Positions 11,301 to 23,958 of a stretch of 64,000 bases of DNA are shown in pieces; the stretch's first letter is position 1; each line of letters opens with the position of its first letter. Below the pieces are notes generated by a model that was not told the origin of the DNA, searched no databases, and saw nothing but the letters and a program-made list of their open reading frames with translations. The stretch spans positions 81,842,001 through 81,906,000 of the forward strand of contig NC_058368.1 in NCBI RefSeq assembly GCF_018350175.1. Reading direction: 5' to 3'. This DNA comes from Felis catus. Taxonomy: Eukaryota. Made by a program: the position numbers and the translations under genes.

Positions 11301-12422
11301 GTGGCAGAGAGGCTCCTCTGTGACCCGGGCATCCCTGGGCTCTGGCTGGCACCCTGCCTTGGGCAGCTGGGGAAACACACCGTCTTCTCCCAGACCAGCC
11401 TGTGCATTTGACTCCATAGGGTGAACGCAGAGCACAGAAGCCTGGGGGGGTGGGGGGGCGGGGGGCGGTTCCTGAGCCTGGGAAGGAGGCCGGAAATGCT
11501 TCTGCAGGTACAGGTTGATAGAATTGTCCTTTGGCCTGGTGAGATTTTGCAGCTTTAACTACAAAAATGTCTCCCACATGTTGTTCTCATTAGTCTCGAA
11601 TAGTTGCACGTCAACCGAATGTTGAGTGCAGCCTAAGGGAGTTCTCCGCCTTTTTTTTTAAAACCACTAAGTGCATCTGTTTTGCACTGACTGGTGAAAC
11701 CTAATGCAACAGCTTTACTTCACCTTGAAAATCACATTATTTATTTAACAGCTGCGTGTCACGTTTCGTTGTTCAGTGTCTTGCCTTCTCCATTTCTTTT
11801 GGAAGTTTCCCATTTAAAAACAGGAAAAATGTCAGCTGGCAAATGCAATTTTTTTTAAGCTAGCGGGTGGGTGAGCGGGAATGAGAATCATTCTGATATT
11901 GTCTAGAAACAAAGCTTTAATGGAGATGTGTTGGAAGTATTATTAAAGGGTGATTCTACTTTTGCAGAAAAAAATCTAAAGATCAGTTTATATAGCTTTA
12001 TTTTTTACCTTATGAAAATATACAGAATTTTAATATGCATATATTGTCTCTGACTTAAAATTATGACGTGTCTGCATTGCCATTTAAAATGTCCATTCAT
12101 TATGTAACGTAGTAAAAGAGAACCTTCAAAATGCATTTAACATGAACGGTATCTATAGTTGTCATCATCATAAATACTGGAATTTATTTTTAAATTATTG
12201 AATATAGTAGGTGCATTTAAGATGGCCGATCAGCCTCCAGATAGTAATGTTAACCTGCTTTGAAAAATTAAATTGTGATTAAACCAAATCTTACATTTCT
12301 GTAAACTTTATTTTGTATGCTGTTTTTAACTTTTATTTCTGTAGATAAAGTATGACTTGATAATATTAATTATATTGGACTTTTCTGCAGATTATCTAAG
12401 CAGGAGACTTGAATCTGCTTGC

Positions 12423-12428
12423 AATAAA
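12423..12428 (+). terminator. ATP11A: Polyadenylation signal AATAAA of ATP11A (second AATAAA at 12461-12466)
   Basis: gcAATAAAgaagaaaaaatgcc is followed by the U/GU-rich tggtttggtttcttt and an abrupt change from AT-rich to GC-rich sequence. Confidence 0.75.
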
Positions 12429-13451
12429 GAAGAAAAAATGCCTGGTTTGGTTTCTTTATTAATAAAAAAAGCAGCAGTTGGGCTTAAATCTCTGGGGACA
12501 GAAGCTGCAGGGTGAACCTCTCAACCTGAGTGTGTGTCTGGGCTGAAGGTGGGGCGTCCTCCCAGAAATGGGGGGCAGCACCTGCATTCACCGATCGCGG
12601 GATCGCCGGCTGCCCTCGCACCGTCCTGCCTGCGCCTGCACTCATCCTGCGCCCTCAGGCCCCTGCGCCCTCTGCTCACACCCAGCTAGGCCGGGATGGG
12701 CTGCGGGCTGATTTTACGCATCCGGCTCCCCACCCACTGGGTCCCAGCGCTGCCCCTTCCTCCTCTGGGGCCATTTGCCCCCACACTGCCCAATGGCCAC
12801 TGCCCCCCCCTCCAGTTCCTTGTCTGAGGACTGGCCTCGGACCCACAAAACCTGACTCCAGGCCCCAGATCCTGGGATTCTGTCCCAATTAGGGCGGCAA
12901 GGATAGAGCCCTAAGGTTGGGGATGCTCGGTTCTGGGGTTGCCACCTCACGGGCCTCCCCAAGCCCCTGGGAGGAACCAGGTCAGGCCTAGGGTTCCACC
13001 GTGTGCGATTCTAAATTTGGGGCTTTTCCCGGCCTTGTGCACCACAAGCACCACACAGCAAGTGTATCACACGCTGAGCGGGTGTCGGTCACAATCACCA
13101 ACCAAACGCTAGTGGCCAACACCAGACTCTAGGAAACACAACGGGAAGTAAATGCCTCCAGTGATTCTGGGGCCCCGGGGCCTCCGGTGCCTGTTGTTGG
13201 TTGTCCGGTTTTCACACCTGTCTCAGGTGGCCCGAACCTGGGGCCACGCTACCCCTGGGGGCTGATGAGTACACTTGCCTGGCTTGAAGCTCGAAGATGT
13301 AACGGCAAACCCACTCACCTGTGCCCACGTGAACACAACCGTGCACATCACCTGGTCCTATCCTAGCTTAACAACACCCTCTTTCGTGGGAAAGTCTTGA
13401 GAATATATACTTTCTCAATTTCTTTCCTGCATTAAGGGGATACCACTAGCA

Positions 13452-13659
13452 TTTTTTTTAATGTTTATTTTCGAAAGAGAGAGAGAGAGAGAGCGTGAGG
13501 GGGGGCGGGGCAGAGAAAGAAGGAGACAAAGGATCCGAAGCAGGCTCCAGGCCCTGAGCTGTCAGCACAGAGCCCGACGCAGGGCTCAAACTCACGAACC
13601 CAAGATCATGACCTGAGCCAAAGTCGGACGCTTAACCTACTGAGCCACCCAGGCACCCC
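13452..13659 (-). mobile_element. Can-SINE
   Basis: Full-length reverse SINE ending gagccacccaggcacccc. Confidence 0.92.
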
Positions 13660-14120
13660 TAAAACTTAATATATTAATTCCCCTAGGGAAAATACTCACC
13701 TTTGTACATTTTGTACATTTTTATGATTTCAGGACTCATTGGAATAATTCAGGAACATTGAAATAGCAAATGTCTAACTTATCACCGAGATGCATTCACT
13801 TGTCCTAATCCGAGAACCTGTCAACTATTAACCAGATGAAGAATTTCTCAGACACTGAAGACACCAACCCCATAGTTAGTGGACAGGTGTCATGGCTAAA
13901 ACCAGCCAATCTGGAGTAAATACTTGCTGCTCAACGTCCAGAGAAATTTACACTTAAGGCCCCACAGCACATTACTGGAGGCGACCTATCGTGTCTCCTT
14001 ACAGCATTTTCTTTGCAGACCCATCAGCAAGACACTAGAAATCACAACATCCGAAAACCACAGTGCTGCTGTGCCTGGCACCCTCGGGGCCCACTGACAG
14101 GCGCTGTCCTAATTTATTGC

Positions 14121-14319
14121 TTTTTAATGTTTATTTATTTATTTTTTTTAGAAAGAGAAATCCAGGGAGGGACAGAGAGAGGTGGGAGAGAAATCTCAAG
14201 CAGATTCTATGCTTCCAGCACAGAGCCTGATGTGGGGCTCGAACTCACAAACTGAGATCATGACCTGAGCCAAAACCGAGACTCAGACGCTTAACCTACC
14301 GAACCACCCAGGTGCCCCC
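14121..14319 (-). mobile_element. Can-SINE
   Basis: Reverse SINE ending ccacccaggtgcccc, with ctaatttatt duplicated on the flanks. Confidence 0.9.
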
Positions 14320-14555
14320 TAATTTATTTGTTTAAACTTTAATAAGAAATACGGATTCCTTGGTGCATTGCTTATGAAGAGTATATTAGCCTTTAAAACT
14401 CCTTGCACAAAATCATAATTTGAAAAAAATCCACATCAATGTTCTTATTCACTTGGTTTTTACAAGATTCAAAGAGAGAGAAAGGGTTTTGAGATCATGA
14501 AGGATGAACAGATCCTCTTGAGAATCTCAGATAGTTTTAGTATCTTTAGAATTTT

Positions 14556-14773
14556 ATCTTTTAATTTTTTAACGTTTATTTATTATTGAGAAACAGAGAG
14601 AGACAGAGCATGAGCAGGGGAGGGGCAGAGAGAGGAGGAGACAGAATCCCAAGCAGGATCCAGGCTCCGAGCTGTCAGCACACAGCCTGACGTGGGGCTC
14701 AAATCCACAGACCATGAGATCATGACCTGAGCCAAAGTCAAACGCTTAACTGACTGAGCCACCCAGGCACCCC
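14556..14773 (-). mobile_element. Can-SINE
   Basis: Reverse SINE with imperfect TSD agtatctttagaatttt / agtgtctttaaaatttt. Confidence 0.92.
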
Positions 14774-14847
14774 AGTGTCTTTAAAATTTTTGAAGACCTA
14801 CTAGAAAGTCTCAAAATATGACTTAAATATCAAAATAAATGTTTTTA

Positions 14848-15044
14848 AAAAATATTTATTTTGAGTGAGAGAGAGGGAGCACAAGGGGGAGGGGCAGAGA
14901 GAGAGGGAGAGAGAGAATCCCAAGCAGGCTCCAAGCTGTCAGCACAAAGCCCAACGTGCGGCTTGATCTCATGAACTGTGAGATCATGACCTGAACTGAG
15001 ATAAAAAGTCAGACACTAAACTGACTGAGCCACCCAGGTGCCCC
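14848..15044 (-). mobile_element. Can-SINE
   Basis: Reverse SINE with TSD tcaaaataaatgtttt at about 14830 and 15045. Confidence 0.92.
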
Positions 15045-15589
15045 TCAAAATAAATGTTTTAATTAGCTTAGACTTTGTTTTGTTTGTAAATGATTACACT
15101 TCCTCAATCTTTATAAGCCAGTGGAGTAAGAAGTGTCTATGTCCTAGGAGGGCAAACAGAGGCTAAAATACTGACCGGTGACGTCCCGCATGTCACACTG
15201 AGACCCTGCTACCGCTGTCAGCGTTTGTGGGCCATCCCATGATGGTAAGTACTACCTGGGCCGGACAGCAGAAAGGATGATCAGGCAGGGGCACAGAGAC
15301 TTTTTTGCAAGAGCAGTACATTTACGTAAAGGATTTAATCTCAAATGGTAGTTTCAAACACAAGGAGAAACGGGGACCATCTGGTAGGCAGAGGGGCCTC
15401 CCTAGGCTGGCCACCGGGCACAGTGACCGACGGGGACAGCTCTGTAGGACTCCAAGGGGAGGGCACATATGCCACTGTCACAGCCTCGCGGGTGCGGGCA
15501 GAAATCTCAACAACTGATTTGGAACCCGCAGGCAGACTTCAACTCACACCTGTCGGGACCAACCTCAGAACCCACTGGAGCTGAGGCCT

Positions 15590-15830
15590 GGGGCGTGTGC
15601 TGGGAGTGTGCACTGGGGTTGTGTGCTGGGAGCATGTGCTCACATGCTGGAGGCCTGTGCTCGTGTGCTGGGGGCCTGTGCTTGTGCGCTCGGAGTGTGT
15701 GCTGGGATTGTGTGCTGGGGGTGTGTGCTCCCATGTCGGAGGCCTGTGCTCGTGTGCTGGGAGCGTGTCTCGTGCACCGGGAGTGTGTGCTGGGGTTGTG
15801 TGCTGAGGGAATGTGCTCGTGCGCTGGGGA
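15590..15830. repeat. Degenerate gtgtgctggg-based tandem repeat
   Basis: Recurrent tgtgtgctggg / ggcctgtgctcgtgtgctggg units. Confidence 0.75.
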
Positions 15831-17699
15831 CCGAGGGCCGGCTGGCAGGGAGAAGCCCAGCCTCTCCCCTGCAGTCTCCCCTCTCATACTGATTCCTTCA
15901 CGGTAAGCAGATGATGCTACCTGTGAATTCTCCCTCGTATTTCTGCTCGGCCGTGCACCCCTAGAGCCCCATTTGTGGTGGTAACTTCCTCGTGCCTCAC
16001 CACGGGCCTCACCATGGGCCTGGGGGGCTGTGAGAGCCACAAAGTTGCACAAAGGGCTCGTGGCGCCATGATGAGCAGGACTCCAGCAGGGTGCTGCTCG
16101 GGCCAGCTTTGCACTTGGGGGAATTCATTTCCTCTCGAATTACCTCAGCTTTGGAATCAGCCCTCACGTTTTCCAAGCAGCACAGACGTCTCAGTTTGTC
16201 CTCTGTACATCCACCGCGTCGGTGACCCTGCACCAAAGCAGAAAGCTTTCGTGGAGAAGGAACAATGTTCTGGGCTGCAGGTTCCGTGGCCGAGCAGGTG
16301 TGGGTGACTGAGCTGCGGGTCCCGGATCCTGGGCGGGAATCCTGCCTGTGGCAGCCGCACTCGGGTTCGGAGCCCAGGCCTGGCTGGCCCCTGGGATTGG
16401 AGCCTGCAGCCCGCACACTCTCACCGGGGTCACAGCACGGGTCCCAGCCATCTCCCCTGGTCTTCTCCACCAGCGGCGCTGTTTGCACATCCTGCGGAGC
16501 CGCCCTCCTGCGCCACCTTGCTTTGGCCGTGCTATTTCCTGCAGCCTCCTGAGAGCATCTCTTACCTGAGGGCCTTTGATGCTGTCCTGGGGATCAGGGC
16601 ACTGGTCTCAAAGACACAGGCAAAGCGCACCACACTGGAGCCCCCCGGCCTCACTGGGGCCCCTCCGAGAAGAGGAACCTGTCTGGGTCTTGGGGCCGCT
16701 GCCGGCCACCAACCCTCTGCCAGGCAGAGGGGTTTCTCCTTCCTCTGATTTCCTGTCCCCCTCAAGCCACCTGCTCCTTCCTGAGCCAGCCTGCCCCCTT
16801 CCTGGCGAAGCCTGCCTGCTCTGTCCACGCACTCAGGGACCCATCCCGCACTGTGCCCACCGCCTGCCCCAGGACCTCCCAGGAGAGCGTGGCACCCATG
16901 GGTCCCGCGTTCCAGGCCGCCAGAGCCTGGACCCTCTGCAGAGCCGCCCCAGCCCGTGCCCTGGCCACCAGGGTGCCCACTGGGTGCATACAGATCTCCC
17001 ACAGGTGATGTACAGAGCCACACCCGGGGGAGGAAAGTCCTCCTGCAGGGTCAGTGCCAGGCACCCTCCTCCAGGTCAGGGTCACCGTCCCCTGTGTGGG
17101 GCTTAGGTGTCCTGGGCTTAGAGCTGCCTTGGGTTTACATTTATTTTCCTATTGGCAGAAGCCCGTTGTTTGATTTCAACAAGCCACCCACCTTTACCCA
17201 CTCCATGCAGGTGCTTTAAAGGCTCAACCAAGATGAAGCTTCTGTGCAGGTCAACACTTAGGATGTTCCGGATGCTGCACCACGTTCACATTCCAGCTCT
17301 ACTCCAGAGGCTCCCCTCCCTGAACCTGGGAAATCACAAGAATAAAAGGTTTAGTTCCCCTCCCTGGAAACAGGGGTTGCAAGGCTGGGTACTCAAGCCA
17401 GCCTGAGGGACACGGGGGCCCTGCCACCTTGGTTCTCTGGGATGCCCTCCCGGGGCATAAATACGGAGGGGTGCAGGGAGCCCCCGCCCACTGGTGACCT
17501 GGGTCGTGAGAACAGGCAGCTGCAGTGTTTCCAACAGTGCGGTCTGGTTCTGACCCCCGTCCTGCCCCGGGCACCGCTTCCCCCAGGAGCCTCCCCCCCC
17601 ACACACAGCTGGCCTGGTACACCACAGCAGGCTTTGTGGCGACCCAGCACCCGGCCGGCCACCCCCCCTTCTCCTGACAAGGTCGTGGGGAGCTGAGGG

Positions 17700-18660
17700 A
17701 TCCGAGCCCGGTCCAGGGCTTCCGAGCAGACGCACAGCTCCTTCCGGGTGGCTCTGCGCAGGTCCCCCGAGGCAGGGTGAGACCCCGGGGAACTGGGGTC
17801 ATCCCCAGGGCAGAACTCCAAGCCCAGCCCGTGTCCCCTTTGGGTGTGCGATGTGAACCCGGTCCGGGGCGACCCTGGGCGGAGGGGCACGACCCCGGCC
17901 CCCTGACACTCGAGGGAGGGAAGGGCGGGCTGGGGCATCTCCTTCCCCTCCTGCCGCCCCCCTCCGCCTCCGCGGCCGCCCCTGGCCCAGACCTTTACCC
18001 CTCTCTCTCCTCCCCCGCCCCCTGCCTGGAGCCCCTCCTCTCCCTCCGCTCTTCCCGCGGCCTTCACCCTCCCCCTCCGCCCTCCACCACGGCCCCGCCC
18101 CCACCTTTCTCCGCCTCCCTCGTGCGCCCTCCTCCCCAGCACCCCTCCCCCTCCGCCGCCCTTCCCCCCGCGGTCGGGCCTAGAGCCGCACCTGTGGCGG
18201 AGTCCGAGGACGAGGACGCGTGAGGACTGTCCAGGCCCGGCAGGTGCGCGGGGGCAGGGGCGGCGGAAGGGGCGGGGTGGGGGGGACGCGGAGGGGCCGT
18301 CCCACGTGGGGGACCCGACCGGAGTCCCAGCTGTCACAGGTTGGAGGGCAGCGGGCTCCAAGGACACAGACGCCCCTCCCCATCGTGACGGGGTCCTCTC
18401 GGACGCGACAGGTGTCACCCATGCCCTAACCCCCCCCCCACCTTGAAGAGCCACAGCCTGGGCTCTTCCGAAACGCGTCCACTGATTGGTCGGGTGTCAG
18501 GACAGGTGTGGGGACAGGTGAGGGGCAGGTGGGCATGGGGGCACTGGAGGGGTCCACCCACGTGCATCTTTCGGAACCTGGTCGCCTGAAGCCGGCAACG
18601 GGAAAGGCGGTGGCCCAGCGGCCCCCCTCTAGTCGCTGAGCTTTTCAAAGGCGCGACTCA
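17700..18660 (+). promoter_or_regulatory. MCF2L: CpG island / GC-box promoter of MCF2L (distal promoter)
   Basis: High CpG density, many CCGCCC/GGGCGG Sp/KLF boxes, a C-rich tract at 17930-18170 and an ATTGG (reverse CCAAT) near 18485. Lies upstream of the MFDCW exon. Confidence 0.8.
18183..18243 (+). other. MCF2L: Probable non-coding first exon of MCF2L (5' end approximate)
   Basis: Follows the GC-box tract and ends in the donor cag|gtgcgc at 18243/18244. The MFDCW exon has an acceptor and only 4 nt before its ATG, so an upstream UTR exon is required. Confidence 0.6.
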
Positions 18661-21600
18661 AGAGAAGACTCTCAGACTCAAAATAACAAGGCTTTTGTCC
18701 TCCGACTTCAAAGGCCGTTCTACCACTTTTTAAAGGAAGTCTGGCTTCTCTGGGCAGCACCGACACTTGAATAAGAGTGAGCTGGGGGAGGAGCAGACTT
18801 CTGTCCCCAGCAAGCACAGCTCCTATCCTTGCTGGAAACATCCCATCCAGGGGCAGCCCCTGGACCAGGAAGGGGTCAAGGCACCCGGAGCAGGCCCAGG
18901 AGGATGTGTAGGGGATGCTGTGAGATGCCCCAGGATGTGTGTCCACGGGGAGGAGCTGCAGGGGCGCCACCAAAATAGAAGTGCATCCCCAGGTGCCACT
19001 GGTGCCCGAGTCCTGGAGTCCTGGGCAGGCGGAGGACCCCACCTGGCAGGTAGGCGGGCGGGGGTGGGTTGGGGGGGGCCTAGGGAAGGAGCCTGTGCAT
19101 TGGAGGCCCTTGTGCCCTGCAAATCCGTGGGGTGACTGGCCCAAAGCTGGTTCTGAGAGCTGCGTTCTGCCCCAGCCTCCTCGGGTCAGCTGTAGCAGGT
19201 GGGAAAAACACCCTGTGAGGTAGGGACAGGGGACATTCCTGCCGTGGACCTGGGTGGGTGGGGAGGACAGTGCTCTCTGGGGTGAGTCGGCTCTATCTCA
19301 GGAGTCCCGTAGAGTTTCCAGACCTGCCCGCCTCGTCCCACCCCGTGGGCTGGCTGTGCCCTCCCGGGCCCTGATGCCACAGTCTGGGCCTGGCTGCCAC
19401 TCCCGGGTTGTGGTGCCTCTGCATGCCTGTGTCTGCATCAGTTTTGCCTTCTGTGAAATGGGAGTGTCGCCTCGCTGCCTCACACAATTATGCGAAGAAG
19501 TGGTTTGTGCACAGAGCTGCTGGAAAGCAGGGGCCCACAGCCCACGGGGTGGGCTTGTGCCCCGGAGGCTTCAGGCTTGGGGCTCTGAGTTGCATGTCCC
19601 CAATTTCCAGGGTGAGTCTTTTTTAGAGCATGGTAGAGGCAAGGCTTTCTTAAGGAAAAACTTGCAGGAACGGTTAGAAGGAGGCCATAATTCAGGGGCA
19701 GGAGCGATGGAGCCGCAGAACAGCCGAGAACATCTAACAGGCGGAAGGACTGCATGTAGCCAGAAACCCGCCTCGGCCTCCAGCAGAGTCCCTCCCCTGC
19801 ACCTGCTTCTCCCCCCTCCCATCCTCACTGCTGCAGCTTGCTGGTGATTCTCTCTCTTTCTGAGTGTCAGGCTCCGTGGTGTGGTCTTTAGCTAAAACCT
19901 CGACTTTTCTCTGGGAAAGTGGCATCTTGGCGAGCGGAATGAGGACACGGTCACGGCAGAAGGAGAGGTCTCTGACCTCTGTGACGTGGGGGGGGATCCC
20001 TGCGGTTGAGCCAGAGGCCCCTGCAGTGTCTGTGTGACATACAGGTGGCCTGGAATGTTACCGATAGACACACGGCACGTGGCCCCAGACTCAGTTGATG
20101 CAGAAGTTGTTACAAGCGTTCAGTGCATTTCTCCTCTCGTATTTGCTTGTGAGAACATCGGTGAAGCTGTTTCCTGGCAGGTGGGGACTCTGGGCTGCAG
20201 ACACGCGGGCACAGGTGACACTGGGCCCGGAGCCACCTCTGAAGCAGCCCCCGTGATGCTCAGAAGCCCCTGTCCTTGACAGAGGGCAGAAGATGGGGGT
20301 CAGTCTTCACCAAAACACCTGCAGAAGTGGCTTTGGGCTGGGCGCCCGCACAGGAAGGCAGAGTCTGGCAGTGCAGTCGGCTCGGGGTGGCCGCTGATAG
20401 AGGCTGCGGAGGGGGCACCCAGTTGCCCGTAGAGTCTCAGTGGGCTCCGGGTGGGCATAGCTTGCCTATGGTATTTTCCTCTTTGAGATGGGACATAACC
20501 CTCCTGGCCTCCTGGCTTCCTCAAGTGAAACTTCCAGAACTTTGAGTCCACAGTAGGATGTCTGACACTCCAGGGTTACCAGGAAACTAGGACATGTCAA
20601 CTTTGGGGTCGGGCAGGGGAGGAGGTGAGAGGTGACGACCCCCCCCCCACCCTCACCTTCTCTCTCCTAGAACCGTCTTCTTTGTTCATGAATGATAACA
20701 CCACTTTTTGAGTATGACGATTTGTAACCGATAACGCGATTGTCGCGAGGGGCAGTGACAAAGCCAGTGGTGACGCTCCTCTCCAAACGCGCTTCTCTAG
20801 TGTTCCAGCTCCAGTGAGAAGCAGCAGGGACGCAGAGTCTGATTTCCCGTCCTGGTGCAGCTGTCTGTTCAGTCAGAGTGTGTGGTGGCCCGGGCGCCTC
20901 CCTCGTGCCACCCCACCCGGTGACGTCACAGAGCGTGAGCGCCACTGAGCCAGGGTGGTGGCACGTCTGATGCCTGAACTGTGTACACAGGCCGGCTCCC
21001 CCGGGAACTCCGTGAGGGCAGGGGCTGCCTGATGCAGGAGCGAGTGCACAGGGAGGCGGTCAAGCCAAGGAAAAAGCCGGTGAAGCTGGTTGGCTTGGGT
21101 CTTATGCTGTGCTTGGCCACGTCCCCATCACCCAGCCCCCGGGTCCCTTGGGTGCTGTGTGGGGGACACCTGGACTCCAAAGAGGGACAGAACCAGACAC
21201 GGGTGCCATTGTCTCTCCGGGTTCAAGCTGCTTATAGGGGCTTTTTCAGGGGCAGATAGGACAGCCAAAGGGCCCCAACATGGTTTGGTGCTCAGTGGGG
21301 ACGCCAGCCTGGAGGTTGTTACAGTGAACAGGCCTGACATCTGGGTTTCTCTGTGCCCTTGGGGCTACACTAGCTGTGGGAAACTCTGCGATGGAGAAGG
21401 CTCTCTCTCTCCTGCCTGTGCCTCTCTGCCTGGGGACACTGGGGGCACTGTCCTGAGCTTCTGGAGAGGTGCAGTCCTGGGGGAAGGAGGGAAGCCACCT
21501 CCCAGGCCCCTGGTGCCAGCTGTCCTTGGGCCGGAGGCTGACCCGCCAGGGGGAAAGGGAGGCTGGGACCTTGCAGAGGAAGCAGGGGTCGGGGGAGCCT

Positions 21601-21720
21601 CACAGGTCCGCCCAAGTTGGGTGGGCGGCACGCTTTTGAGAACGAACTAATTAAAGCAGCTCTTGGGTCATCTTACTTATGTCTTGAGACCAAGTGACTG
21701 ATGACACTTGTGCACTGCAG

Positions 21721-21975
21721 CAGGGAGGGCTGGACAGAGGGGCTGGGTGGAGGGGCTGGATGGTGGGGAGAGCTGGGTGGAGGGGAGGGCTGGACGGAGG
21801 GGCTGGATGGTGGGCCTGGGCAGGGAGGGCTGGACAGAGGGGCTGGGTGGAGGGGCTGGATGGTGGGGAGGGCTGGGTGGAGGGGAGGGCTGGACGGAGG
21901 GGCTGGATGGTGGGCCTGGGCAGGGAGGGCTGGACGGAGGGGCTGGATGGAGGGTAGGGCTGTGTGGAGGGGCTG
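21721..21975. repeat. G-rich minisatellite with a 100-bp higher-order unit
   Basis: 21721-21820 and 21821-21920 differ at about one base. Built from gggctgg/gagg subunits, with a partial third copy. Confidence 0.92.
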
Positions 21976-23789
21976 GGCGACAGGAGCTCTCCTGGTCCTG
22001 GCAGTACTGGAACAAAGGTGGACTCACACACTCGGCCTTTTCTTTCTAGTCCGGAAGTTTAAGATTACAATCAGCCTGCTGGTTTGAAATTCTCTGAGCA
22101 GAATTTGGAAGAAAAGAGGAAAAAATGGGTTGTTTAGTTTTAACCCAGAAAATCATTCCTTGTAGTTTTTAGTATCAACACCAGACTCAGGCAGTCGGAA
22201 ATCCTTAGCCTCGGTGTGACTGTGGCCGCCGTGTGTGCCCTTCCTGGAGCACCGCACACGGTGTGATCGTCTTGGAAACGTGGGTGTGGGATCCGGAAGG
22301 CCCCAGCTGCTGCCCAGGGAGAGGGGCTCGCCGTCCCTGGCGTTCGGTGTGAAAGCTCCTCACCCTGGCCCTGTGTGAGGAGGTTAAGAAAACGTCATAG
22401 GGACCCAAGCACATGTCCAGAGAAGTTACGTGCAGGACGCGTACGGGTAACCAGCAGCAGTGTTTGTAAAAATGAGGGACGGGTGCGTTTTGTGGGACAG
22501 GCAGGGAAGCCGGCTGGAGCTGTGTGTTTGGGCAGGGAGAGAGGGAGGAAACGGGATGCCTTCCCGGGCAAGGGTGCAGAGTTGTTGGTGCCCGATGCAC
22601 TTGGGAACTGGCTGTGTCTGCCGGCTAGCGCCACCCCCCAGTCCGGTGACAGCTCCTTCCTCCCTGCGAAGACCTGCAAGGCTCTTTGCCAAGGGTCCTA
22701 TGTAGGCAGCAAGTGGGAACCCCTCCCCAGGGCCGGCCGGCAGTGGTGGGCTTTCAAAGCTGCCTGGGGGTCTAAGAGGCGGTCAGGCCTGGGAGCGGCT
22801 CCAAGGGCAGACTGGCCATTGGGTAGCTGGGCCGTCGGGGAGGGCCTGGAGGACAGGATCGGCGGGGCCGGCCCCCGGCAACCAGGGGCTTCGGGGGAAG
22901 GACTGACAGCTGGTGACCTGGTGGCCAGAGCGAGGGCACGGCACGGTGCCTGTGCCCTGCGGCAGCCGCCTCCGGGGCGTGGCTTCAGTCAGAGACAGAA
23001 GCAGAGGTGATGTTCGTGGAGCCACAAGTAAGGGTTGTTAAGTTATGTCATTTACATTTGTACTCTTGAAGATGGGGCCCTGAGGGTGTGAAGTCGACAG
23101 AGGGAAATAAGAACGAACCGGAAACAGGCTCAAAGACCAGGCACAGAAAAGCACGGTCGGTAGTGACCTGCTGAGGTGACCCTTGCACCCCATGCATGAT
23201 TCCGGTGCTGTTTGAGATGCAGCTACCAGCTGTCTCTTTAAATTCAACCCTGCTTCCAAAAACTTGACTGAAGTTTCTTTGCCAAATTTTCACTGGAGGG
23301 ATAATACCTTGATGTTTGTTCTGGAACTCAAGAGGACATTCTTTGCTCAGAGGATTTAACGTGTTTTTAAGTAATCTGAATAAGCAACCAGCAAGGGTTC
23401 TGAAGTTTGCCAGTTCGGTGAATGAGACTGTGACCTTGAAACCGGGGACCCAGGGATTTTTATATCCTTGAAACAAGAGCCTAAATGTCAAGGGGGAAAG
23501 ATCTAGGCCTTTGTTTTTCTTAACCAGCAGAAGTAAATGATATTTTTGTTTATGCAACCTTTACTCCACTTGAGTACTGGGACAGCAGGCTGGTTGCTAA
23601 CTGAGCGTTGACACGATGGAAGGCAGTTGGAGAACGAGTGCCCTCGTGGGCGCACTCTGGCCGTTTCTGAATGAGCGCCGCAGAAGGCTGCGTCTGGTTA
23701 TTTGGGCTTTATTCGCAGACACAACGCCAATGTCTTTGGGCAGGGTGACCTCATTTTTGTGTTAAAATCTGTTTCCGCACTGCAGACTT

Positions 23790-23958
23790 ATGTTTGACTG
23801 CTGGAGATGTGTCCCATGCCAGAGGGCTGCACGTGACCATCGCTCCTCCCTGAGACGATCCGATGAGGCTGAGGAGGAAGAAGGTGACCATCAGATCGAT
23901 GTCCCTGACGTCATCGGGCTTGTTCAAGACCAACCCGGGGGGTCGGACACACCCACAG
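23790..23958 (+). CDS. MCF2L: MCF2L (Dbs RhoGEF) first coding exon of the long N-terminal isoform (exon 23786-23958)
   Basis: Acceptor tgtttccgcactgcag ends at 23785. MFDCWRCVPCQRAARDHRSSLRRSDEAEEEEGDHQIDVPDVIGLVQDQPGGSDTPT matches the recalled human MFDCWRFILCKRP...ETDHQIDVSDVIRLVQD. 169 coding nt (phase 1), donor cag|gtgggg. Confidence 0.93.

Larger units (their letters stand above)
8162..12450 (+). other. ATP11A: ATP11A terminal exon / long 3' UTR
   Basis: Starts at the 8162 acceptor. SINE-free, with AT-rich UTR-like blocks (about 9400-9750, 10000-10900, 11550-12450), ending at AATAAA followed by a GT/T-rich segment. Confidence 0.8.

Noticed and set aside
17393..18454. 353-aa Gly-rich minus-strand ORF
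   Set aside because: Artefact of the GC-rich promoter, with no recognisable domain.
3456..23797. ATP11A-MCF2L readthrough chimera (3456 donor to 23786 acceptor)
   Set aside because: Out of frame with MCF2L: reads TYV then stop, so it is predicted to be an NMD target. There is no sequence evidence that it occurs.
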